From assembly GCA_010909165.1 (NCBI GenBank), contig MU008158.1, positions 3,063,478 through 3,127,477 of the forward strand: 64,000 nucleotides of DNA. The letters run 5' to 3'. The notes under the pieces are model-generated. The model was not told where the DNA came from. It did no database searches and worked only from the letters and a program-made list of their open reading frames with translations. Positions 34,681-46,760 of this stretch are shown here, in pieces. Within the stretch, counting starts at the first letter, position 1. Every line of letters starts with the position of its first letter. The position numbers and the translations under genes were made by a program. Source of the stretch: Anthoceros angustus (taxonomy: Eukaryota; Plantae; Anthocerotophyta).

Positions 34681-37009
34681 TTTGCACGATATCGGTAGAG
34701 ATAGAATACACATTACCTTCACGCACAGGTACCTACTTGTAGATACGGATTTACCTTCATACGTACCTACTTGTAGGTAGGTATTTGTACATGAACACCG
34801 GATTATCTGATTTTTATTTCCAATTACACGGATATCGTTCTCTTGCTCTGGATATCATTGACTCGTTCTCTTCTTGGTCTTGGCTATCTTGCACATTCTT
34901 GCCTCGTTACCTCTTGTTCTTGCGGTTGCAAAATCGTTGACTTAACTGCTTCAACACGCGACCGCTTGTTCGTCACCATCTGCCTCCTCCACTCCACCAA
35001 CGCGGAGTGCATGGACAACTGGGTTCCTTTATACATACATACCTTGATGTCCTGAAATTGGGAAAGGGTGGTACATGAGGACTAATCCCATGCTTTTGTC
35101 CGGTACCCATGAGCAATGGCGTCGTACGTTTCCCCAACCCGTCTGCCTGGTCGTCTTTTCACACATGCAGCAAACCTAGCAATCGTACTTCAACCCACAC
35201 CTACCAGCAATTCTCGCTTGTGTCACAAAACAGCAATGTCACAATTGTCTGTTACTGAGTCATCGATTCAGGGCAGCCACAAGCTTCTCCCCTTTCGCCT
35301 TCACATCACCACTGCGCTCTGAACCACACATTCATCTAGATGGCTAACTCATCGAAGCCCTCACTTTCTTCCTACATAAAACTAAATCCTATGCTACTTA
35401 GGCTTCTTGCACACCCCTACACTCATTGGTTGTCCTCGGAGGATTCTTCTTCTTCTTCCGTGTAGAACCCGCGTTTTCCTTTGCTTGTTGGTGTCATGCT
35501 TGGTGCCCGCTTTCTCTTCCCTTGCTCACGCCTCCACAGCTCTGCGTTTCCACACATCCTTCCACAGCTTCCTTCTTTACGACCACCATGGCTGCAACAA
35601 AGCACGTGATCGATTTCGCCCATTGCATCGCCATTTGCATGACATGTTACACATTTGCACTTACACTTTTCGACACGCTCCGTGTGATCCTCCGTGTTTG
35701 CCACCACTTCCACCGTTGTCCCCCTTCTTCCATGCCCACCAGCAATCTTCCCTCCCTCTCCCTCGTTGTCCCCCCACCCTCTTCAACGCCTTTGCATGTG
35801 TCTTGTCAGCTCGCCTCATCCATTGCTTCCCTCTTGCATTCCGTCTCCAAGCATCCCGCACATGCCACTCGGTGATCACATCCGAGCGTTGCCTCGCCCA
35901 CTTGCCCCTCTCACCGCCACCGTCATGCCTTTTCCCTTACCTCTCCAATACTCCGGCATGTTCTCCAAGCCATTCCTCGCTGCCCACCGCAGCTCCTCTA
36001 CTGTTGCGCTCCCTCCCCACCGTTGCGAACTTCCTTTCAAAATCTTTCGCCCCTAGTGGACCAAAGGGATTGGTCCCTTGATCATGCTTTGCCTTGCGAC
36101 GCTTGCACTGCCGAGGTGTTGGCCACACCCCCATTCTTGTGCAACGTCACCACCCCGCCTCCACGGCCTTCCTCCATGCCTTCGTTGTGACATTCGGCGG
36201 ATGGAGCCATTTCGCATCCTTACCCTTCTCCCTCCATATCAATGCACTTGCCTCACCTTCTTCCCTCGTTGTGGTTCCTTGTCCGTGATGCACCGCAAAC
36301 CTCGCCACAATCTCATCCCGCCGACACGGAAACTCAATCTCTACCATACTCACCAGCCTCTCCCTCGGACTCGTCATGGCTTGTCCACGGCACCATCAAC
36401 GCGTCATCTTCGCACACACTAGCTCCAAGACACGCGATGGAAGGCCCTCCTCAAGTCCTTCTTCATCCTCCACCGCGGCTGATCCTCATTTTCGACCCAA
36501 CCTCCATCGCAGGGCCGTGCCATAAACACTCCTCCCGCCCGTGGAGCTGTCTGACAATGGCGTCGTCGAGTTGCTTACCGCGCCATTGGTGAGTTCTCCT
36601 ATCTCTGCCGGAGTTGCGGTGGTGGGGCGTCGTCCTGTCACCCGTTCTTCCATGTCACCCACCTCGGCCTCATCCTCGCAATTGTCCTCGTCCTCGCCTC
36701 GCCATTTCCATCCGCCTCGAGTCGGCCGCCTCTCGGCCTCGGGTGGCTTGCCCCTCAACCCTGTCCTCATCTCCCACATCCGGTGTTCTTCACGGTGGAG
36801 GTCGGAGCATGCCCTTCCTCCCTTGGCTCGCGTGCACCTCGCTCGCATTGCGTCGGCATAGGCAAGTGGTCCCCGCTTCCGGGGCGGGATGGGCGGCCCC
36901 AGGGCGCACTTGCTAGGGCATCCATGCCACAAGGGCGGGGACCGATGTTCGCTCATCCCGAGGACCAGCCCACCGCTCCACGGGAAGGGCCACCTCACCG
37001 CCACTCGAG

Positions 37010-37440
37010 GACCAAAACCCTCCGGAGCACAAGCGCCCATAGGAGCGGGTGCGCTCCCTCGGGGTTGATGGTGGAAGCATCTTCCTTCCCATCCCCACCT
37101 CGGCAGGGGCAACTTGCTGGGGCATCGCCATCACCGCCTCCTCCAACCTTGGAAGGACACTTGCCTGCCCATCTTCATGGTGGCGCTCCCAGTCTGTTGT
37201 CACCGCCACCTCCGCCACTCCGGAGGACCAAAACCCCTGGAGCAGCCAAGCGGCCCATAGGAGCGGGTGCGCTCCCTCCCAGGGGTTGATGGTGGAAGCA
37301 TCTTCCTTCCCATCCCCACCTCGGCAGGGGCAACTTCTGGCATCGCCATCACCGCCTCCTCCGCAACCTTGGAAGGGACACTTGCCTGCCCATCTTCATG
37401 GTGGCGCTCCCAGTCTGTTGTCACCGCCACACCTCCGCCA
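37010..37440. repeat. ~218-bp tandem duplication
   Basis: GCCCATAGGAGCGGGTGCGCTCCCTC...CATCCCCACCTCGGCAGGGGCAAC at ~37034 and ~37252. Confidence 0.85.
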
Positions 37441-38054
37441 CGCCCTCTCCGCCGTCTCGGATGGAGCCCGGCCTCTATGGGTCCACCCAGTTTCCACCTC
37501 CGGCCGCTTCCCACCGCCGAGCCGTGACACTTCCATGACCACTGTGCCGCTGCGCACAGGGTCCCCTCTCACTCGCGCGAGTGCTTGCCCACCACCAGCC
37601 GCGCTGTCGCCATAGTCGCCATTGCCACTGCCTGCAGACGGACGCCTCCTTGAGCGGCCGAACGCCATCTTCACCGGCGGGTGTGTCACGGCAGGTTGAA
37701 GTCGGTGCCAGACTTAGGCGGACAGCCTCAGCCAAATCCTCGAAGTCCACGTCCCACACCATCTTTGTAACCGCGCAAAGTCGAAAGCCTGAACAGGAGC
37801 GAACCGAGACAAACAGAATTGCAACCGCAAGGTGACGATTGAAAAGATGCAAGTGGAAGTAACACCGCGGTGACGGTCGCGGAAGTAATAGGCCATGTCT
37901 CCGGACACTGCATGCGATGCCGCAGTCGACAGCCTGCCATGCGCACCGCGTGCGCCATTCAAAGTTTGCCACCTCATCGCCTTCCCCTTATGTCTGAACT
38001 CCTCATTATAACAAGTGGGACCTAATCAACTGATGACCACACTTATCACTCGTA

Positions 38055-39360
38055 GACATATATAGTCACCAAATTCGCACACATTTGACGGCCAAGAACA
38101 TTCACGGTCATTTCGAGGGCCGAGGACATATGCCACCGCTTGTCATTGCCCAAGGAACTATTTGTCCTTGGGCCTGTCGCGTCCATGTCATGGCCCATGG
38201 TCATGTCATGTCTCGCCCATAACATGCATATACATGTCATGGCCCACGGACATGACATGACATGTATATGCATGACATGGTCCAAGGAAACATTTTCATT
38301 GGACCATGTCATGCCATGCATATACATGCATGGGCCAAGGACAACTCCTTGGCCCATGGCATGTATATAAATGTCATGTCATATATATGCATATGCATGT
38401 CCTGCGACGACATGCATATGCATGTCATGCGGACAAAGTTTTCCTTGGCCCATGACATCCATATGCATGTCATGTGCCAAGCACAACTTTGTCCTTGGCC
38501 CATGGCATGCATGTCATGGTTAAGACCATGCCATGCATTTACATGTCATGGGCCAAGCTCAAAGTTGTCCTTGGCCCATGACAACTAGGCCCATCCCCAT
38601 GCATGTTTGGCCACCTCATCATGCGCTCCTTGTGTTTTAAGTCCTCATAATAGCATGTCCTCCCAAATGAAGTCTACACCACACTCATCACTGCTATACA
38701 TATATAGACACCAATATGTGGCACTGCCTTTCCGTGGGCCAAGGACAAATTTGTCCTTCGCCCATGACATGAATTTACATGTCCTGGGCCAGGGACAATT
38801 TGTCCTTGGCCCACGGCATGAAAATTTATGTCCTGGGCCACACCATGCCATGCATACAGTTTCGTGGGCCAAGGACAAATGTGTCCTTGGCCCACGAAAT
38901 GGCAGTTCATGTCCTGGTCTTGACCATGCCATGCATTGCCATGGGCCAAGGACAAAGTTGTCCTGCCCCATGAAACGCCTTGTAATATACATGTCATGGC
39001 CCAAGGACAAATTTGTCCTTGGCCCATGGCAATTATATAAATGTCCTTGGCCCATGCCTATTATATAAATGTCATGATGACATTTACATGCATATACATT
39101 TCATGGTCAAAGGAAAAATGTTTCCTTGGACCATCACATGCATATGCATGTCATGGTCATATCATGTCCTTGGCCCATGACATATATGCACGTCATGGGC
39201 CAAGGACATGACAAGACCGTGGCCATGACATGCACATGTCGAGGCCCAAGGACAAATAAATCCTTGTGCAATGACGAGGTCGCATTTGTCCTTGGCCTCG
39301 AAATGCCAATGTGCTTGGCCGTCGCTATGTGTGAGCGAGATATTCGTGACTATATGTTCG
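38055..39360. repeat. Long imperfect inverted repeat (foldback) built from CATG- and CCAAGG/CCTTGG-rich subunits
   Basis: 38055-38220 aligns by eye with the reverse complement of 39190-39360; interior subunits GGGCCAAGGACAAA / TTTGTCCTTGGCCC occur in both orientations around a non-repetitive spacer at ~38590-38730. Confidence 0.8.
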
Positions 39361-40319
39361 CCATGACATGTAAATGCCATGGTCAAGCCATGACATGCAT
39401 ATACATGTCATGGCCCAAGTCATGCGATGTCCGTGGACCATGTCATGCATGTACATGTCATGGCGAAGGACAAATGACTGCACGGACATGGGCATTTCCC
39501 AATCCAAGGACCATGACATGCATTGACTCATCATGGACCAAAGACAATCCCGGTGACCACGAGACGCGTTCGTGGCCACCTTGTGAGGCACCTCGGTGCA
39601 ACGGTGTGCATCGTGGATAGCGTGGGTGTGAAATGAATATGTGTCATCATACCGTCATTACAAAGCTGCACTTGGGGTGGTCCATGATCCTAGGCCGCCG
39701 TCCATCTCCTGTTGCACCATTGTCAAGGTTTATACATTTTGTTCGATGTATGCAGCATGATTAATTATGCTTACCTCACGAAAACCCGCTACTCACGCCA
39801 TCGCCGGGCGACACCACCGCCAAAGGTCGCCATGGCGACGACGTGTGCCAATGCCTGCCTCTGCAAGCTTGTCGCACAGAACGGACGGTCGATATCGCAG
39901 ATTCTCCCAACCGTAAACCGATGTTCCGGAGGCCACAGTTGCGTGTAGAAATCGGCTCTTCTCCCGAGATTTGCTTTAACTACGAACTCACGACGGTACT
40001 GTGAAAAGCTCCAGCTCTTGCTTAAGTCTCCTCCCTGCAGTTTGAGGCCTACCCGTGAACCCCACATCACTCCCCCCTCCACCCCTCCCCCACCCCGCGT
40101 CTCCACCCGTTCCTCTCCTCCGCCCCCTGGCGAGATGTGGCCGGCGGTCTATGACTTCCGCATTCCTACATCTTGAATGGGTTGGGCATACGGCTTGCAC
40201 TTTGGACACCTCCACGAACTGTCGATGGCCGTCAAGGACCCGGTGGCTGTGTGCCAACTGTGTGTATCCTCGCCCTTTTTGGAACCCCGTTCCAATGGCC
40301 AAGTGGAAGCCTCCCAACG

Positions 40320-41765
40320 CCTTGAGTTCGTGTCTCGACCACCGGCCCCGGATCTCGGCCGTAGGTTTGTGTGTGGCGTCCATGACCAGTGCCCAAGGTG
40401 TCGCGCACGATTCACCCTTTTCACTCATTGCGTTCAATAGTTTTTGGTTCCTGCATGCGGCCGCCTTTTCCCTTCCGTGCTCAACTATCTTACTTCCAAC
40501 ATTGCAGGTGTGTGCGGAGGTTGTGGGCTCCTATAGATAGGCACCGAGTATGGCTATGAAGGATTGGACCGGCAGGCCGCGGTCACCGACGATGGCCATC
40601 AAGGACGATGGACGGAAGGTTGCTCTCCCGTCCATTGCCCCGAAGGACGACGGACGGAAGGTTGCTCTCCCGTCTGTTGCCATCAAGGACCTGGTATGCA
40701 CGGGCCTCCCCCCGGGCACTGAGTCTCTTCATAGGTACATGCTTTGGTGGAGGGAGGGAGGTGTACACCTCGGAGGTCGAGGTGCGAGGCGGGGTAATGT
40801 GGAACGCCTTGGAGTTCGTGTCTCGACCACCACCACCGGATCTCGGTAGTGGGGTTGGTTGTGTGTGTGTGGCGTCCATGACCAGTGCCGGCCCAAGGTG
40901 TCGCGGCACGATTCACCCTTTTCACTCATTGCGTTCAATAGTTTTTGGTTCCATGCGGCCGCCTTTTCCTTCCGTGCTCAACTATCTTCCTTCCAACATT
41001 GCGGTGTGTGCGGAGGTTGTGGGCTCCTATAGATAGGCACCGAGTATGGCTATGAAGGATTGGACCGGCGGAGCGGTCACCGACGATGGCCATCAAGGAC
41101 GATGGAAAGGTTGCTCTCCGTCCATTGCCCGAAGGACGACGACGGAAGGTTGCTCTCCGTCTGTGCCATCAAGGACTGGTATGCACGGGCCTCCCCCCGG
41201 CACTGAGTCTCTTCATAGGTACATGCTTTTGGTGGAGGGAGGGAGGTGTACACCTCGGAGGTCGAGGTGCGAGGCGGGGTAATGTGGAACGCCTTGGAGT
41301 TCGTGTCTCGACCACCACCACCGGATCTCGGTAGTGGGGTTGGTTGTGTGTGTGTGGGCGTCCATGACCAGTGCCGGCCCAAGGTGTCGCGGCACGATTC
41401 ACCCTTTTCACTCATTGCGTTCAATAGTTTTTGGTTCCATGCGGCCGCCTTTTCCTTCCGTGCTCAACTATCTTCCTTCCAACATTGCGGTGTGTGCGGA
41501 GGTTGTGGGCTCCTATAGGCACCAGTATGGCTATGAAGGATTGGACGGCGGGCGAGTCAACGATGGCCATCAGGGCGATGGACGGAAGGTTGCTCTCCGT
41601 CCATTGCCCCGGCCAGACGGAAGGTTGCTCTCCGTCTGTTGCCATCAAGGACTGGTATGCACGGTCCTCGCTCCCACATTACGTCTCTTCATAGGTACAT
41701 CTTTGGTGGAGGGAGGAGGTGTACACCTCGGAGGTCGAGGTGCGAGGCGGGGTAATGTGGAGCGC
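40320..41765. repeat. ~490-bp tandem repeat, ~3 copies
   Basis: GCACGATTCACCCTTTTCACTCATTGCGTTCAATAG recurs at ~40405, 40906 and 41392. Confidence 0.9.
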
Positions 41766-42229
41766 CTTGCCGGAATGTCCTTTCCCCGCAATCGGAATCT
41801 ACACTGTGGCTGGAAATAAAGAAACGGGCTGTGAGGTCGGTTGGCGGAATGGAGGGTATGGAGTGGTGCCCTCCATACCGCGCGACACTACTGCCGCAGC
41901 CGACATTTCCGTGTTACGTGGGTCATGATTGCCTTCAATTTCCGATTGGGTCTTAGCGCGTGAGGATGGACATGAATTAAACAAAGGCTACTAATTCCGC
42001 ACACCTATTGCCCAAAAGCGTAAGGTCACCGCTCTAAAAGGAACCGAGTGCGGAATGTGTCGCGATGCGACATGGACCCGTTAGGAAAGGAAGGAGTTCA
42101 TATCCGCAGCCGCGAAAGAAAGGACGAAGGGAGGTCCAAAGGGAAGACGAAGGCCAAGGGAGCGAGGCGATCCGAGGCCATCGTCCCCGTGAGGCGAAGG
42201 GAAAGAGGAAATCGACGTGGTTGAATGCG

Positions 42230-45200
42230 CAGATGCGGGGCTGCTCGGCAGCAACCCCTCGGCGGCCGAGGGGACTCCAGGAAGAAGAGGCACCGGAGAC
42301 CGAATCGAAATTCTTGCAAAGGCTGCACGAAGTCGGAGATGCAGTCCTAAGTCGTCTTTTTGGAGAATGAAGGATGTGGAGGGTTCACATCGGATGCACG
42401 CCCATGTGGATGAAGATCCACATTGAGGCATGGACACAGGAGAGGGAGGACGGCGGCATGGGACGCGATTTGCAGCCATTGGGTGCAGTGTCCGTTTTCC
42501 GGGCTTGCTTTCGCCGCTTGGGAGCTCTACAGAGACTTCGAGAGCATGAGCTCCACGCTTTCCCTCGCCGTAGACAAGGTGCAGATTAAGGAGGTCATGC
42601 ACACTAGCGATGGTGGCGCCCCTGCCTGAAATGTTTTGCCTTTCACTGCATTGTTGGCACAAGGCATGCCACCGTCAATGTCGTGGCGCCAAACATATGA
42701 CATTGAATGTTGCACAAGTGGAGTCACCCACGGCAAAGTTCCCGACCGTTGTCCCCAACCTCGATATCGACCGTCATCCCTTTCTATCCATCGTTCGCCC
42801 GGAAGGCGAATTGGTGTGGCCGGCGACGACCGAGGCGTCCATCCGGAAGACATCTCGGTGTCTGGAACTCGTCTTCCCCGGCACTCTGGAGCTCGACGGT
42901 AATCCAAACACGGACCCACAAGTCCGTTCCATGCCACTCGATGGCTCGTGAGTCCGGCGGTGGCATTTGGCGTCGAGACATGCCGGTGATGTCTCGCAAC
43001 GCTTGATTCGTGAGAACACCATAGGGTCTTGTCGGAGGCTTCCATTGTCGACACATAGCGCGGATGCGGGGCTCTGCTCAAGCGCGGCAACCCTCGAGGG
43101 GACTCCACAGGAAGAAGAGGCACCGGAGACCCGAGGCGAAATTCTTGCAAAGGTGCAGTCGGAGATGTTGTGCGATCTAAGTCGTCTGTTTTGGAGAATG
43201 AGCTGCAGATGTGGAGGGTTCACATCGGATGCATGCCCAGTGGATGAAGATCCACGGTTGAGCATGGACACAGGAGAGGGAGGCGGCGGCATGGGGCCGA
43301 TTTGCAGCCATTGGGTGCGGTGTCCGTTTTCGGGCTTGTTTTGCCGCTTGGGAGCTCTCAGATTTCGAGCATGAGCTCCACGCTTTCCCCGCCGTAGACA
43401 AAGTGCGATAAAGGAGGTTATGCACACTAGCGATGGTGGCGCCACGAAATGTTTTGCCTTTCACGCATTCTTGACACAAGGCATGACACCGTCAATGTCG
43501 TGGCGCCAAACATATGACATTGAATGTTGCACAAGTGGAGTCACCCACGGCAAAGTTCCCGACCGTTGTCCCCAACCTCGATATCGACCGTCATCCCTTT
43601 CTATCCATCGTTCGCCCGGAAGGCGAATTGGTGTGGCCGGCGACGACCGAGGCGTCCATCCGGAAGACATCTCGGTGTCGAACTCGTCTTCCCCGGCACT
43701 CTGGAGCTCGACGGTAATCCAAACACGGACCCACAAGTCCGTTCCATGCCACTCGATGGCTCGTGAGTCCGGCGGTGGCATTTGGCGTCGAGACATGCCG
43801 GTGATGTCTCGCAACGCTTGATTCGTGAGAACACCATAGGGTCTTGTCGGAGGCTTCCATTGTCGACACATAGCGCGGATGCGGGGCTCTGCTCAAGCGC
43901 GGCAACCCTCGAGGGGACTCCACAGGAAGAAGAGGCACAGGAGACCCGAGGCGAAATTCTTGCAAAGGTGCAGTCGGAGATGTTGTGCGATCTAAGTCGT
44001 CTGTTTTGGAGAATGAGCTGCAGATGTGGAGGGTTCACATCGGATGCATGCCCAGTGGATGAAGATCCACGGTTGAGCATGGACACAGGAGAGGGAGGCG
44101 GCGGCATGGGGCCGATTTGCAGCCATTGGGTGCGGTGTCCGTTTTCGGGCTTGTTTTGCCGCTTGGGAGCTCTCAGATTTCGAGCATGAGCTCCACGCTT
44201 TCCCCGCCGTAGACAAAGTGCGATAAAGGAGGTTATGCACACTAGCGATGGTGGCGCCACGAAATGTTTTGCCTTTCACGCATTCTTGACACAAGGCATG
44301 ACCGTCAATGTCGTGGCGATCGCCAAACATATGACATTGAATGTTGCACAGTGGAGTCACCCAGCGGTGAGCGTTCACCGTTGTCCCCAACCCCTCGATA
44401 TCGACCGTCATCCCTTTCTATCCATCGTTCGCCCGGAAGGCGGGTGGGTGTGGCGAGGCGTCCATCCGGAAGACATCTCGGTGTCTGGAACTCGTCTTCC
44501 ACCGGCACTCTGCTGCGGGGAGCTGTAATCAAACACGGACCCAAGTCCGTTCCATGCCACTCGATGGCTCGGGGTGAGTCTGGCGGTGGCATTTGGCGTC
44601 TTGAGACATCTTGGTGATGTCTATGGCTTGATGATGAGAACACCATAGGGTCTTGTCGGAGGCTTCCATTGTCGACACATAGCGGATGCTTTAGCTGCGG
44701 CGCATCCTCGAGCTCCCGCCCGGAGGCAACGAGGTCAGAGTCAGGTGAGTCCACCGTGCCGTCCATGGTGGAAAGCAGCTGTTCTTGTGCACGCGGCAGA
44801 CTTCTTTTGTTCCGGCTGGGCTTCGACTGTTTGAAGTGCGGGAAACGCTTCCATTTTAACTGAAGTTCTTCCTCCCCGCCAGTTCTTCTTCCGCGTCATC
44901 CACAGGTCACGCAGGCGGGGAGAATGCCACGAGATGCAGATGCCGTGTACATGTTCTGCCCTTGCCGAGAGTGCGTGCAGGCGTCGCGGGGCCGTATTCC
45001 AGCTCACGTCTCCAGAGTTCATTGCCTTCGCCAAGTAATGCAAGGGCAGCGGCCAGCGGTACGGACCATTGTGACCTTCGCTGATCGCTGCTCCATATGG
45101 TTCAATTGTTGTGGTTAATGGCAGCCGCCCATGCAATAATTGCAGGACGATGGGCATGGGCAACCGTATGGTGGGCACCATGCATCCACCACACGGTGTC

Positions 45201-46760
45201 ACATATGTCCAGGGCACCGTCAGCAAAGCGATGCTATGATGATAGCGGAATTAGACAAAAGAGGAGACGGATGGTGAGGACTTGCCCACCGGGTACACGA
45301 TGGATGAGTTGTTGGCGGCAACCGAGGCGAACGGAGGGCAAGCGATGCCGGATGCGGGGCTCTGCTCAAGCGGGCGGCAACCCCTCGGTGCGAGGGGACT
45401 CCAGGAAGAAGAGGCAGGAAATTCTTGCAAAGGCCGTGCAAGTCGGAGATGTTGTGCGATCTAAGTCGTCTGTTTGGGCAGAATGAGCAGATGTGGAGGG
45501 TTCACATCGGATGCATGCTTGTGGATGAAGATCCACGGTTGAGCATGGACACAGGAGAGGGAGGGCGCGGCATGGGGCCGATTTGCAGCCATTGGGTGCG
45601 GTGTCCGTTTTCGGGCTTGTTTTCGCTTGGGAGCTCTCAGATTTCGAGCATGAGCTCACGCTTTCCCTCGTAGACAAAGTGCGAGATAAAGGAGGTTATG
45701 CACACTAGCGATGGTGGCACGAAATGTTTTGCCTTTCATTCTTGACACAAGGCAATCAATGTCGTGGCGATCGCCAAACATATGACATTGAATGTTGCGA
45801 AGTGGAGTCACCCACGGCGGCGAACCGTTCGACCGTTGTCCCCAACCTCGATATCGACCGACCGTCATCCCTTTCTATCCATCGTTCGCCCGGAAGGCGG
45901 GTGGGTGTGGCGGCAAGAGGCGTCCATCCAGACATCTCGGTGTGCGGTGTGAACTCGTCTTCCGGCACTCTGCTGCGGGAGCTGGCGGTAATCAAACACG
46001 GACCCAAGTCCGTTCCATGCCACTCGATGGCTCGGGGTGAGTCTGGCGGTGGCATTTGGCGTCTGCGAGACATCTTGGTGATGTCTATAGCGCTTGATCA
46101 GTGAGAACACCATAGGGTCTGTCGGAGGCTTCCATTGTCGACACATAGGCTGCGGATGCTTTAGCTGCGGCGGCGCATCCTCGGAGCTCCTGTTCCCAGA
46201 GGCAACGAGGTCAGAGTCAGGTGAGTCCACCGTGCCGTCCATGGTGGAAAGCGGTTCTTACACTTGGCGAGACTTCTTTTGTTCGAATGGGCTTATTTGT
46301 TTGAAGTCGGAAGCGCTTCCATTTTAAGCGAAGTTCTTCCTCCCTTGATTCTTCTTCCGCGTCATCCACAGGTCACGCAGGCGGGGAGAATGCCACGAGA
46401 TGCAGATGCCGTGTACATGTTACGCCTTGCCGAGTGCGTGCGGGGCGTCGCGGGGCCGTATTCCGACTCACGTCTCGAGTTCATTGCCTTCGCCAAGTAA
46501 TGCAAGCGTGGCCATGATACGGACCATTGTGACCTTGATCGGCTGCTCCATATGGTTCAATTGTTGTGGTTAATGGCGGCCGCCCATGCAATAATTGCGG
46601 GGCGATGGGCATGGGCAACCCTATGGTGGCCACCATGCATCCCCGCCGGACACGGTGTCACATATGTCCGAGGCACCGTCAACGGTAGCGATGCTAAGTG
46701 ATAGCGGAATTAGACAATTCGGAAGAGGCGGATGGTGAGGACTTGCCCACCGGGCACACA
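42230..46760. repeat. Nested tandem duplications (~815 bp and ~1.4-1.5 kb units) covering the TnpD 5' end and upstream cargo
   Basis: GTGGATGAAGATCCAC marker at ~42406, 43240, 44055, 45521; the TnpD start MPRDADAVYM occurs at 44924 and ~46390. Confidence 0.88.

Noticed and set aside
35407-37970. Protein-coding gene in the CACTA left arm
   Set aside because: ORFs are S/P/L-rich products of pyrimidine skew with no recognisable motif; cannot be supported without homology data.
38130-39550. CRISPR-like or tRNA-like array
   Set aside because: Repeats occur in both orientations with irregular spacing and no unique spacers; eukaryotic context with no cas genes; no cloverleaf seen.
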